64,000 nt of DNA, from positions 806,001 through 870,000 of the forward strand of contig MU008162.1 in assembly GCA_010909165.1 (NCBI GenBank), written 5' to 3'. Below are positions 1-11,400 of the stretch, in pieces. Made by a program: the position numbers and the translations under genes. This DNA is from Anthoceros angustus. Taxonomy: Eukaryota > Plantae > Anthocerotophyta. Numbering within the stretch: the stretch's first letter is position 1; each line of letters starts with the position of its first letter. The notes under the pieces are model-generated. The model worked only from the letters and a program-made list of their open reading frames with translations, searched no databases and was not told the origin of the DNA.

Positions 1-660
1 GGCGGCATGGGTGGGGAGCCTGGCCTCAACATATCTAACACGGTGAGGAGGAGTGGTGGAGTGACTTGGGAGGATCAAGAGGAGATCGCAACTATTGTGG
101 ACAATAACATCGGCCTTTGTCTCGAAAAGACGATTGGAAGTGGTATGTGATCTGCGGCAGATGCACTTGTACCCAAGTTCCGGAGGAGGCTATATTGGGC
201 GAAGCCTTATTGCGAGGCGTGCCTCCACGGACATGTACTTGGGAGCTTACAGTGTGGAAGAGGCGAACAAGAGGTCGGCGGATGAATGGTGACATCATGG
301 AGATAAAAAAGGTATGTTTATTGTCACCCCTTGTGAGGGGACACTCACAACACAGGCATTACAGGTTGCAAAGGTCTTGAGTGTGCACATGACCGATGAC
401 CCCTACTTCTGGTGCAGTGGCCAGGAGCACCTGAGATGCATACGAGGGCAAGTATGTCGGGAATACTTTGTTAGGACCGGGAGGACAGAGAACTACCTCC
501 TACCAACAAAGGTGCAAAAGCATGGAAGCCTCCCAACATTGAGTTGTTTGTCCATAAGGCGGTCATTGTGTACTATGGGTTCAATCTCACTTCTAGGAAA
601 CATCATGCTGGCGGATAAAAAGCTATCAAAGAAGTTAAGTGCCCTCCGTCCCCATCTTCA
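1..660 (+). mobile_element. Possible C-terminal remnant of a second transposase-like ORF (uncertain)
   Basis: Broken-frame segments WEDQEEIATIV (67-99) and KKGMFIVTPCEG..VAKVL (305-380). A similar peptide (WWEAFWVDQKEIAIIV) is on the minus strand at ~14290-14350. The link to the Sola-like family is inference only. Confidence 0.2.
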
Positions 661-1429
661 ACCACTCCCTCGTGTGGGCGGAGGATGATGGGGATAGCGA
701 GTCTTGGGCATGGAGAACCCGACGGTCTCGAGTCGGTGAGGAGTGAATAACCCGGCTTGAAATATATTCCGATCATGGTCCGCTCCTAAGAACTTATGGC
801 ACAACCCTTTGTAACACCTTTGCGATGGCATGCCGCACTCCTTCCGACCACATTTTGTGCGTCTATTCCTAGTGGCCCCTTCCATTGTCGGCTGCCATGG
901 CTCTGTTATTAGTGGATTCGTTTAATGGTGGCGCCAACCCAATGTTTCCGTGAAACTTGGCAGCCCCTTTCGAGCAGTATGCCAAATTGTGGTTTTGTTG
1001 AGGGTTCACGGGAACATGGTACACTACAAGAGATTTCTCCGCTCACGGATATCAAAAACCATGTTGGACTGTTTGGTGCAGGAATGGCTAAGGGCCTTTC
1101 GCAAGGTGTGCATGCGATGGCGCATCACTGGCGATCGCGTTATGATGGTTTCTCACCTTTCTACCATAGAGGAACCGCACATTTTCCATACCTTGCCACC
1201 GTAAATGTGAACCCGAGATGCAAAAGTGGATTCCATTCCTTGATAAGACAATACTCCATCCTGTGCGATCCTTTTCCTTTCTGTCCTTAGAGCTAGCGTG
1301 GTTGTAGGTCCAATCTCATTTGGAATAAAAGACAAGAACTCCAGCCATCTTCTGTTTCCCATAACGGTGAGGTCGAATCTTTTACTCCGAATAAGCAGTT
1401 ACTTTCCTCCCAGCGTGTGTTGGTATGAT

Positions 1430-2110
1430 AGATTGTTTAGCTTGCGAACATGACTTTAAACTTCCTGCAGCCTTTCCTGCTTCAAAGGCAGACGAAAGAA
1501 GCAGTCGGAACCTCAGTCGGGACCTTCACTGGGTTTGGCGTGAAAGCCTTGCTCAATATATCCCGCATGACGGGAAGAGTTTTTGCCTCTTTGTGCTTCA
1601 AATGTTTGGAAAAACATGAGAACATTTGGTCCACTGGTCATGTGTGTGACCTACAAGAAGAAAGCCCACCTTCACTTTTTCAAAAGTCCTCACCCACGAG
1701 CATATTCGATAAGCAAATGAGCTTGATTCTTGTTCTCCGACATGTGTTGTCCAAATTGCAAATATAGAACCTTGGAAGTAAGCCAACATATGTATGTATC
1801 ACATCTTGGATAATGCATATGGTTAAATTAGCATCATTCCAAATTTGCGAGAGTGTGATACGCCTGACTTGAACGTGATTGTGGATCATACACCCCACCA
1901 CATGGACAAGAATACACTTCTTCCTTTAGCTCCTTAGGCCATCTAAGTATATGCGGTAAGGATGTTTTTTCGATCCATGCCATCGATACATAACAACATG
2001 TACTTGTGAGGCTCGGTGTATCCTTTCGCTCGATGTTTTGTCAACTTCTTCCGCTCCTCCATAAGCTTTATGCGATGTTTGTTCAACGCGTCCCGATATA
2101 TATCTGCCCT
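1430..2110 (-). mobile_element. Sola-like DDD DNA transposase, frameshifted remnant
   Basis: Manual minus-strand translation across indels gives PHKYMLLC-IDGMD (1973-1987), LYLQLDNTCRENKNQ (~1720-1765) and FEKVKVGFLLVGHTHD-VDQMFS (~1615-1680). These are the three acidic motifs of Sola-type transposases. Confidence 0.72.
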
Positions 2111-2329
2111 TCAACCAAACATCATGTCAGTGTCCATCCATGAAATATAACGCTGCGCGCTAACCAGTGACCAACCAACGGAGTTCGACATAACGCTCTC
2201 GATGCGATGGACGAAGGGGTCGACTCTACTATCAGGCTGGAGTCTAGACGATCGTCACCCGTGAGAAAAGGGCAATAACATGATGGCAACCCTCGGAAGG
2301 GTCATGCCCCAACAAACCTAGGGATCCAC

Positions 2330-2760
2330 CCGTTGTATGGCCTGGGCATCCAGGTCCTTAAATCCCATCTCAGGGCGCGCCCGCCGCCTCCCCACCGCCT
2401 CAATTAGGGATGTGGCATGCGGCGCCTCCCAAGCTCCTTTAGGGTTTAGGTCCACCGCATGCCGCCTCCTCCCCCATTGCACACCAACCCATGAGGGCGC
2501 CTGCATGCCTCCTCCTCCTCCTCCCACAACACATGATGGCACTGCATGCCGTGTCAACCCCTGCGCCCCCGCCTCCGTTCGGCAATGAGGGTGGCATGCC
2601 GGCGCCTTCCTACCTCCTTTAGGGTTTAGGTCCCGCATGCCGCCGCCTCCGCACACCTCCACCCATGAGGGCGCCGGCATGCCGGCGCCCTCCTCCTCTC
2701 CCTCCCCACCACTCGAGGGCGCCGCATGCCGGCGCCCTCCTCCCCACCAAGGGAGAGGGC
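2330..2760. repeat. GC-rich ~180-bp-period repeat with GGCGCCGGCATGCCGGCGCC palindromes and TTTAGGGTTTAGG motifs
   Basis: TTTAGGGTTTAGG at 2438-2450 and 2618-2630. Perfect 22-bp palindrome at 2669-2690, with degenerate copies at ~2412, ~2494, ~2591 and ~2715. Confidence 0.85.
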
Positions 2761-3442
2761 CCAAGTGATTGCAACGATCGAATGTCACTTGGTCTTACCA
2801 TCGCCCCGCCATCGCACTGCCGCCTACATGACAAACATGCCATACACCTCTACCGCTGCTCACCTCCGACACTTGATGCCACGACCACGTCGCGCTTATT
2901 CTTCACCCCAATTCTTGGTGATCACCGCCTTTTTTTGGTCACTTGAGCCGCCTTATCCCTATCTACCGCAACTACACGCATCACACCCACTGACACGCCG
3001 CCGTGGTGCCTTGCCACCGATGTTCCATCGTCATCGCCTTTTCTCACCGCAACAACTCGTTGCCGCCCCGATCAGCCGCCTTCCCTTGCTTCTCGCACCC
3101 ACGGCGGTCACCACAATTAGCTTTCTCTCCCACATGCACCGTGATGACCCCCGCTTCACCTTCGCCGCTACTGCGGTCGATGCACTCACACCGTATTTCA
3201 GCATTGTCGCCTTCCAATGGATCGCTGAATCCTCCAGGTCTATTAGAATCCTCCTTCGTGCCCGCCAATCCTCCGTCCACACCTTTACTTCCCTTGCGCC
3301 GCCAACCCTACAGACGCCTCACACAACCCGCATATCGATAAGGCAAGTAACGGGTTTTAGACCTTCCCTTTAGTGACTCTCTTCCACGCCCACACCGTGA
3401 GTGCGCGCTTACCCGCCCCCGCCTTCTTTCCTAGCTTTTCCG

Positions 3443-3580
3443 TCAGCATTTGTGACAAAACCATTCTCCTTCCGGATCGCTTTCAGCGGTCGAAGACAAA
3501 AGACATGATGTCCTTGGTTGCACCGGTCACACAACAAAGATTAGTTCGGTCGTGATTTGACCACGTGTTCGCACGGCATC
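3443..3580 (-). other. PHD finger at the integrase C-terminus
   Basis: CEH..LLCDRCNQGHHVFCLRPLKAI(P)EGEWFCHKC-stop, read across two small indels. C4HC3 pattern with the typical PEGEWFC ending. Confidence 0.88.
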
Positions 3581-3879
3581 AACAGTGGCTTCCATGCTTG
3601 TGGTTGTATGCGTATCAAGATTCGGCAAGTGGCAGGCCGATGTCGCATGTGCTCCTTGCATCGGCGCCCATCTTGCCCTTCCAACTCGATGACCCTTGCT
3701 CACCAACGCTCACCACTCTCAAAATCAACCGTCCGTGTTTCGTCCAAAGTGCGGAAGGATGTTGAAGATACGAAATCACCCACTTGAACTTTCGGCCTTT
3801 GGCTTCCATGACCCTCCTCGTGTGAATGCATACCTCAATTGATCTGTGTGCGATGGCGGATTGTCCATCGCCATGGGTA

Positions 3880-4690
3880 TCACTCGTTGTAACAACTTGG
3901 TTTCGTAACTCGAGCAACACTCATCCACATCTTGTGTCCATCGGTTTGGAATATGTTCGCCACTATGTTGGGCAGCACAGATTCTCGCCAAACATTATGT
4001 AATAGGACTGTTGCCTGTGGCTGCCAGACGATCTCAGAGCCTGTGGCAACGTAAGGTAGCAACTCATCCCAACAATTAGGCTCGATTCCGTGCAAGATTG
4101 CGAAGTGAATCCTTGAAAGTTTGCACCGCCTTTCGCTAAACCATACGCACGAGGATGATCCGTGGCGTGCGTCGTGATCTATCAAACTCCGATCCAACAA
4201 CGCTTGGAACTCTCCTCCAATTGCTTTCCTTGATCTGTCACACCTCTCGCATGCCTTCCATATCCGCTCAAAACGCACAGAAGAAAGCTCGTCGTGAATT
4301 GGGAAGTTCGTGGAAGGAATGCCAATTCCACCCACTTGGAGAAGTGTTCTATCATGAGCATACAATGCTTGTTGCCTTGCTTGGTCAATGGTAGCTCGCA
4401 TGAGGTCAACGGACCATCGAAAGAAGGACCGAATAGGCCGAATGCAACACCACATCGTTGAACCTTGCTTTGACCGCATCACAAGCACATCTCGACACCA
4501 CTCGCTCGGCGTGAGTACATTCCGGACCAAAAATAGGCACTCTTGACATATGATGCGTCCTTTTTACAATCAAGTGCCCAAGTGTCTTGTGCACTTTACT
4601 CACTATCTGCTCCTGTTCCTCTATGGGAGGGACCATTTTACACACTCCACGATCATCACTAACAATTTGCCATCCCTCGGTATACCTCAT
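3880..4690 (-). other. Gypsy integrase (Zn-binding and core domains)
   Basis: VHKTLGHL..VSRCACDAVK (HHCC region), CELPLTKQGNKH..IEHFSKW, VTDQG, VER. Confidence 0.9.
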
Positions 4691-4949
4691 GACCTTCCGT
4701 CAGACTTTTGAAGCGGCATCTAGTCCAACTACTTGTCCTTCCTTCAATAGTGAATAGCATGCCCTCTTCCATATGTCTCGTCCCTCATTGAGTTGTTTTC
4801 TTCCTTCGACTTGTGGCCATGAGAGCCATATACATGCTTGGCATGTAACGAGCATGATCAAAATCACCGCGCACGGTCCCATCTTTGTCATCAAGTCTGG
4901 GTTCACCTAAGTCCATCCGCATTGTGATGTACTTTTGCGCCTTGCACTA

Positions 4950-6050
4950 TGTGCATATCATATTCACAGAACGCCCACCTTGCGAGCTTGCCACTCAACT
5001 TCATGTTCGTCATTAACGATTACAGCGGTGATCGATTCGAGTTGGAAGCTCTGCCGAACAAATAAATTACGAAATGTAGAATCCCACACCCCAGCCAAAC
5101 ATTCACCCTCATACGACGAATAATTGGCTTCCGCTGAATTGTTCGACTTGACACGCAATCACTCTTTCTTTTCCTTCCCGATCCACCTGCAAGTACTCCG
5201 ATTCCGTTGCACCCGGTATCTGAGTGAACGGTTTTCAAAATCAGCCGTTTGAGCATGGGCCTTTCGATTGATCCTTTAACTCCGCCAAGCATGTTCATGT
5301 TTTGCTCCCATTGCCTGTGCCCCTTTTCATCGGATCATACAATACCTTGCAAGTGCCGCATGTTCACGATGAATCGGCGATAGTTGACAAGTCCCAAGAA
5401 TGCTCTCAACGCGCTGCCCTTGGTCTTGGCATAAGATTGACCGCACCTTCGCCACGGCACGCCTGGCACAATCTTGTGGCCCAAGTATTCTATCTCCTTG
5501 TAAGCAAACTTACACTTCTTTGGATGTGCCTTCAGCCCAGAACTGGACAGTCTCTGCAGCAACGTTTCGAGGTGCTGAATGTGTTCCTCCAGACTGTCGC
5601 TAAACACCAAAATGTCATCAATGTAACACCTCACGAATGGTAATCCTTGCAACTCCAAGTCTGCCACCCTCTGAAAGTAGATGGAAGCGTTTTTCAGCCC
5701 AAAAGGCATCGTCTCCCACTCCCACAACTGTTCTTTGCCCCAGAAAGCCGTTTTACACTTGTCTTCTTCTTCGATGACGATTTGATTGAATCGAGCGGAA
5801 ATCCAACGTCAGAAATACTTGGCTTAATCGCCAAAGATTTCATCCGGGGTAGGCATGGGATATCGCTCCATAGGCGTTACCTCATTCGTGCGATAATCTC
5901 CACACATCCTTTGTCCTTCCATTCGCCGTTGCCTCTTTCTTTAGCGGAAGGACCGTGGCAGCAGATACCGTGAACTTGATTTTAATTAATCCACCGCAGA
6001 AGTTCCCTACACCGCTTATCCACAATGTCCCTCTGGGCTCAACATGCCTT
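4950..6050 (-). other. Gypsy reverse transcriptase and RNase H
   Basis: WETMPFGLKNASIYFQRVADLELQGLPFVRCYIDDILVFS..KCKFAYKEIEYLGH (5335-5727); NSAEANYSSYEGECLAGVW (4964-5158). Confidence 0.96.
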
Positions 6051-6374
6051 CTAAAACCGGCTCATTGGTAGTAGTGATGATTTTGAACTTGATGCGCTCA
6101 TAACGCCCCAGCTCTTGCCATTAACGCCAAGGTACCCGATTCTTCTCCAAAGATCTCCGGATCCTGCATTGATCCTCGATATTCAAGTCCTCACATATTT
6201 GCCATACATGAGTTGAATGCCCACTCGTGCTTTCCACTCGACGATACTTCTCCGCACTATTCGCGATTTGGGTACTTGTCCCGACGGACTGTAAGCTCTT
6301 CCCCGTCACCCATCATCTCATACACGACCTTCCTCCTATCGACTTGCATTCACCGTGGCTATTCCCACACTCAC

Positions 6375-7200
6375 CAACCATTGAACACATGTCGTCAAAT
6401 GCTTGTCCCGTTTGCATCCGAAAGCTTGACACACCGTATAGGTGCCGCCATCGTCAAAACCCATCGCTGCTCCCCGCTCTACAATCGTGGGTTCCCCATC
6501 TCCTCACCATTCATGTTCAATACCATGCCCGCACCACGGCGAAAGGCATATGACCGTGACCGACGCAGGGCCAAGCCTCTCTGGTTCTCCCACAATATGT
6601 GATAGTGTGGCAACCTATCCATCCTGCTCACTGCTATGCGATCGCTCGCCTCCTCAAGGATCCCATCCAGTTCCGCTTAGTTGGTGTGGTTAAACTGATG
6701 TGCTGAGTGTTTCCACACTAATGAATCCCGTGCTGGAGACGATGAGCATACGACCGTTTGCACCAATGATGAACTCCTCCCACCTCGACCTTTTCATAAT
6801 TTTCTCTCACATGACCCGTTTGTCAAAAGCTCCGCAAACATTCTCCAGCAAGTACCAACATGCCGGATTGCATCGCACTTCTCGAATCCGTGACTTCCCC
6901 GCACTGTTGCCTTGACCACGTCCGGCCTTGGAAAAGGTCTTGCACTCCCATCCCGCAATCCATGTCAACGGGCATCTCATTGCCTCAGAATGTGCTTTTC
7001 CCACCAGCATCACATCGTGGCTTTGGTCGGCACCCTTTATGGCTTCCACACTCGAAGCTCGGATGCATTTTTGTAGCGATAATCCCGGATTTGGCCTTTG
7101 AGTCTTCTCATCAATTTCTACACACGTATACTTCCGCACCAATCCCACATCGCAGACACACTCCACTACTAATCCTCGAACACAACTCCATGAGATGGAT
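6375..7200 (-). other. C5 DNA-cytosine methyltransferase domain embedded in Gypsy pol
   Basis: Motif I HLMELCS-ISSG (~7160-7197); motif II YTCVEID; motif IV IAGWEC(Q/K)-(D/T)-(L/F)SKAGRGQG with Cys at 6942-6944; motif VI YLLENV (6837-6854); motif VIII SYAHRL (~6735-6755); motif IX EPTIVERGAAMGF (~6455-6495); motif X GQAFD (~6393-6410). All are in canonical order. Confidence 0.85.
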
Positions 7201-7589
7201 GCCTGTCATGCACTCGCCACCGAATCACTTGGTTATCGATTTGTAACCCCAGATTTCCTATGATCGTCATTGTGGCGCTTCTTCCGGACAATTGCGGTGA
7301 TTCGCCATATTTGCATCCGTCGAATACGCTCTCTTTCCAAAGCCTTCCTCGGTGGTGGTACACTCACATCATTCGATGTCGTGCTTTCTTCGACACCTCG
7401 TGTCGTGCCGTGTCTTGTCTCTTCCCACACCTCCCCTCGAACACTCCCGCGGCACGCCGTGAACGCCAAAGATACTTGATCTTTCACCATGCCTCCTCAT
7501 GTCCGAGGAATTCGCATGTGTGAAATCTCCATCCCGCCACTTTGGCCTATAAAACGCCAGAGTGCGCCGGATCCACCCCATTGTCGTCT

Positions 7590-7850
7590 GCGTAGCATCC
7601 GCACCCAATAACACATCATAGTTTCGTGCATCGAAACCAAACAATGTACTTCCACCACACACGCATCGCTGTTCTCGGCTTATACTCTATCCGAATCGGA
7701 TCGCGAGTCATCCCCATCACTGTTCTTTGGTGCTGCAGATGTGGTGATCCGTACTCACACCCGGCTTGTCTCCATACAGCCAGTGCTTCTGCCCCTGCAA
7801 CACCGGATCGGCACGGTCTACTAACACACTCCGGTGCAAAGCCATTGACG
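7590..7850 (-). other. Gypsy aspartic protease (frameshifted)
   Basis: VLVD (Asp codon 7816-7818) followed downstream by ARNYDVLLG, the typical retropepsin C-terminal motif. Confidence 0.65.
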
Positions 7851-8199
7851 GTGACTTCTCGTCGCGATTCTTCACTAACGCTATTCCACCTTTCCCCTAG
7901 TCGGCTTTAGATGATCACCACGTGTCGACAAGCCGGACACCATGTTCAACTCGGGCTTCCTTCTTAATCCATGCCCGCATTGCTTGCTTGAACGGTTGTG
8001 TCCGGATCCCTGTGTCCCGCAAACTTACGGGGTACATCCATGGCTTTTTCCAATGAATCTCAGATTAGGAACAACCTCATCCGATGTGACGCCGTCGTCT
8101 CGGATCTGCACGAATGACTTGGGCATTCTCAAGCGATTCCTCCCCATCGGCCTTCACTTTTACACCCTTGCCGAAATCAATGCTTCCCACTTTGGTCCG

Positions 8200-9324
8200 C
8201 CTTGACCTTTCCGTCATCAACGCAAACACATCTTCGTCCGTCATAGGTTTCGCCGACGCATGAGTCCTTGTTTATGCTCACGCTCATAGCCACCGCTCTT
8301 GCACCGTGCACCTCACCAAGGCTTTCCGAGTGTAGCTCGCACCCTACCGCTTGTCCATTGCTCGGTCTCCTAGGCCCTTGGGTTTGAGTTCAGATGGGCT
8401 TGCCAAGCGGCTGTATGTCCGGTTTTACCACATGCCCCACGCCTCTTTCTCCTTTGACCCACCAACACGATGCTCACATTCATACGCCAGCGGCCCCTTG
8501 CACCGCAAAACACTTTACGGATGTCTTGAAGCTTACGCTGATGAGCCACTTGATCCTTTGATGGCGACTCGTTGAGCGTTCACCACACATGCTCGCGATA
8601 ATGTGACTTCCTGTGCTTCGCTCAATGTTCAAGTGTCGGTGTGACCTCTCACATTGTGCTCCTCGAAGCATTGGTGACATCTCCTTCATAACTCTCTTCG
8701 GCCATCTCGCGCTGCTCCAACTCATAATCCCATGTAGCATATGCGAAAGTTGGCGATCACCCTCTCTTCCTCGGCAAAGAATGTATATTTGCGCTGCCTC
8801 CTCATGGTCTTCACCTTGGTGTCTTCACCACCGCCTCAACCGTAGATATGCGGATCTTAGAGGCTCATTCGGCTTGATCACAAACTTTGACAACTCTTGG
8901 ATTTTCTCAATGGAAGATACCGGGAACATCTCACCAAACTTGACGAACATCTCGTCCACCAAATAAGTGATGACCTCGGATTCGATGAACCCGATGATCC
9001 CGGTTCTTCATCATCGACCTTGAGCCTTTCCTTGCCGCTTCATTCGCACGACATGTGTGCATCCTGCGATCTTTTCTTTGCGACACGATAGCGTGTTAAA
9101 GCTTCACCTAGAAACGCGTGCTCATCTTTCCGAGTGCCATCTCGGTGTGAACTCGACTTGTATTTGAGCACCATCTCATCAATCGCCCATCCGAACTTCT
9201 CTTCAAAGTCGAAGAGACATACTACCGTGTCTACCGTGAACACATCATTTGCTGGTTCATAATCCATCCCGGCGCCACCACGATTTTCTTCAAAGTCAAT
9301 GGATCCGATAGAGTGTGACTCCAC
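8200..9324 (-). other. Probable gag region of the DNMT-carrying Gypsy element
   Basis: Broken ORFs directly upstream of the protease in the same orientation. No diagnostic motif was recognised. Confidence 0.35.
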
Positions 9325-10569
9325 TCAAATCGACCACTTGTCCTACGGACCGAAGGAAGCGTGCCCCGGATTGTAAGCTTCCGCTGTGTCGGTGCTGTCA
9401 TTCACCCCGACCGTAATAACACCATCACTATCAATCCCTCCCCGCGAGAGACTATGTAAGGCATTCCGTCAAAGTTGGTGCCGCCTTCGGCCCGCCCGCC
9501 AACCATGCCACTTGTCAATCCTCACCCGAGACGTTGCAACTGCCGCCCAGCTCCACCGATCGGCCCACTCCCGAATGGATGCTCGCATAAACAGTGAATA
9601 ATCCAAGGTGTTTTCTCGATACCACCATGGACTTATCCGTGTCGCTTCACCGGCTTGACCGACCAGCCTCCTCTCCTCTTCCGCTCAATCTCGGCCCTCT
9701 CGACCTTCGAGTCGGTTACCTTGTGGCTTCACCAAAGATGCGGATTGTTGATGTGCAAAAATTTTTCGACTTGGGATGGTTGTCCTCACACACCATACCA
9801 AGCATCACAAGGTGCTCGAAAATGCTTGGGATCCGTCTCTCTATTGAATCGACATCAACAATCCGCCTCAATGACGGATTGTCGGACTTTGTAGCCTACA
9901 CCGCCGATCTTAATTATCGCTGACCAAGCGCCGTGATCACACCCGCACATGTCGGGAGATCTTCGCCGCCGAGCCGTAATTGCGCTTGACCGTATTCTGT
10001 TTGTATGGTCCACATAACCACGACACCATCCTATTTCCATACCCATGCCACTCATCATGCCACCACACACATAGCACACGCACACCATCACACTCAGATT
10101 CTTATCTACCTCTTTCTACCACTGCGTGCCATGACATGTACATCAATATGCTATCTTCGCTGCTAGTATAGATCTAGTAACAGTGTTTGTTGCTCATAGG
10201 AATAGCGCTGACCACGTGGTATCAAAGCTTTGACACGCTTTGCAAGTAGTACCTTCACAGTTGTCTATCCCTCAACTTCTTATAAACTTACTCAAACTGC
10301 TTCTTGTGAACTTACAATTAACAATTAATTCGTGTTGATCTAGCAAGGCTACATGGAAAGGTTGGACGTGGATCTGTTAAACAGGGAGGATGATACTATG
10401 TGTGGAGTGCCAAAACCGATGTCCGCACTCCTGGCGACTGGTTTTAGGCTTGTTTTGTTTTTTTGGGTCGTTATTGTTAAGGGGGATAGGAAGGAGTTAG
10501 CCAATAAGGCCGTTTTGGCCAGATTGCACTTAGAGTGCAATCCTAACCCCGGTCCGTTAGCGAGCGGTC

Positions 10570-10750
10570 AGGAGTGGTCCGGTCGAGGTCCGGCGGGTGG
10601 TCCGGTCGAGGTCCGGCCAGTGGTCCGGCCGAGTGGTCCGAGGTCAGGCGGAGTGGTCCGGTCGAGGTCCGGCCGGAGTGGTCCGGTCGGTGGGCGGAGT
10701 GGTCCGGCCGAGGTCCGAAGGAGTGGTCCGTCCGGCGAGGTCCGGAGTGG
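10570..10750. repeat. Tandem array of ~20-25-bp GAGTGGTCCGG(T/C)CGAGGTCCG units
   Basis: About 8 imperfect units are directly visible. Confidence 0.9.
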
Positions 10751-11139
10751 TGCGGCTTTGGCGGCGTAGTCTGGTTGGCATAGTTTGGAAAGGATCTCAC
10801 TTGGAAAGGGCGTGGGCGGTGGAAGAAGTCGGGTTGCAATGATGAGCTACGTCTGGCGGTTTTCGACCAGTTAGGGTACATACATAGGTGGGTTAGATTA
10901 GGATATGTGGGGGTATATAGGAAGGCTGGCGTCCAAGACGGAGACTATCCGGGTACCATCTTCGCTCCGTGTGCTCTTGCCTTCGTGCTCGAGGCGAGTG
11001 AGTTCCTCGTCACCGTGCGATTAATTGGTGGTAGAGGGGTGTGTTTAGAGCTCGTGACGAGCTCCGCCAACACGCTTGATGGGTGCGAGGGTCGGACTGA
11101 GCTCGGAGGTGCTCGCGGGTGATTGTGCGAGACTAACAG

Positions 11140-11400
11140 AGGCTCTTTGGAGCAGGCGTGGGGATGCTGGTGAAGCCGCCGAGCGTGGGCGGTGGAGGGA
11201 TTAGGCGCTTGGGGGCGACTGGAAGCCATCCTTGGAGGCCTGCTGGAGGAGGCGTGGGGATGCAGCTGTGCCACTTCTCTGAGCGTGGCGGTCGGAGGAT
11301 TAGGAGGCGCTTGGGGTGACTCGTGGAAGCCATCCTTGGAGGCTTGGAATGGAGGTGGGGTTGCAGGCTGCAAAGCTACTTCTCCATGAGCGTGAAGCGG
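11140..11400. repeat. Imperfect ~100-bp tandem repeat (GGATTAGG..CGCTTGGGG..GGAAGCCATCCTTGGAGGC)
   Basis: The core recurs at ~11198 and ~11297, with a partial third copy upstream. Confidence 0.75.

Larger units (their letters stand above)
3400..9400 (-). mobile_element. Ty3/Gypsy retrotransposon internal region: gag-PR-DNMT-RT-RNaseH-INT-PHD (frameshifted; LTR pair not identified)
   Basis: PR-RT-RH-INT order on the minus strand; RT motifs MPFGLKNA and YIDD; integrase motifs present. Additional methyltransferase and PHD domains are listed separately. Confidence 0.92.

Noticed and set aside
2438-2630. TTTAGGG as a telomere or interstitial telomeric array
   Set aside because: Fewer than two full units per site; treated as a telo-box-like motif only.
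2726-3373. 215-aa plus-strand ORF
   Set aside because: Low-complexity product in GC-rich TE-flanking DNA with no motif; probably a chance ORF.
9615-9624. Minus-strand TGGTATCGAG as PBS of the DNMT-Gypsy
   Set aside because: The match is short and the adjacent sequence has no visible counterpart at the 3' end, so it is not called.
10217-10228. Plus-strand TGGTATCAAAGC (Met-PBS-like) with a PPT-like AAGGGGGA at ~10478, suggesting a TRIM
   Set aside because: No matching LTR pair on either side; orientation is opposite to the adjacent gag-pol.
10570-10750. Repeat array as a CRISPR-like locus
   Set aside because: Eukaryotic context, no unique spacers and no cas genes; it is a simple tandem repeat.
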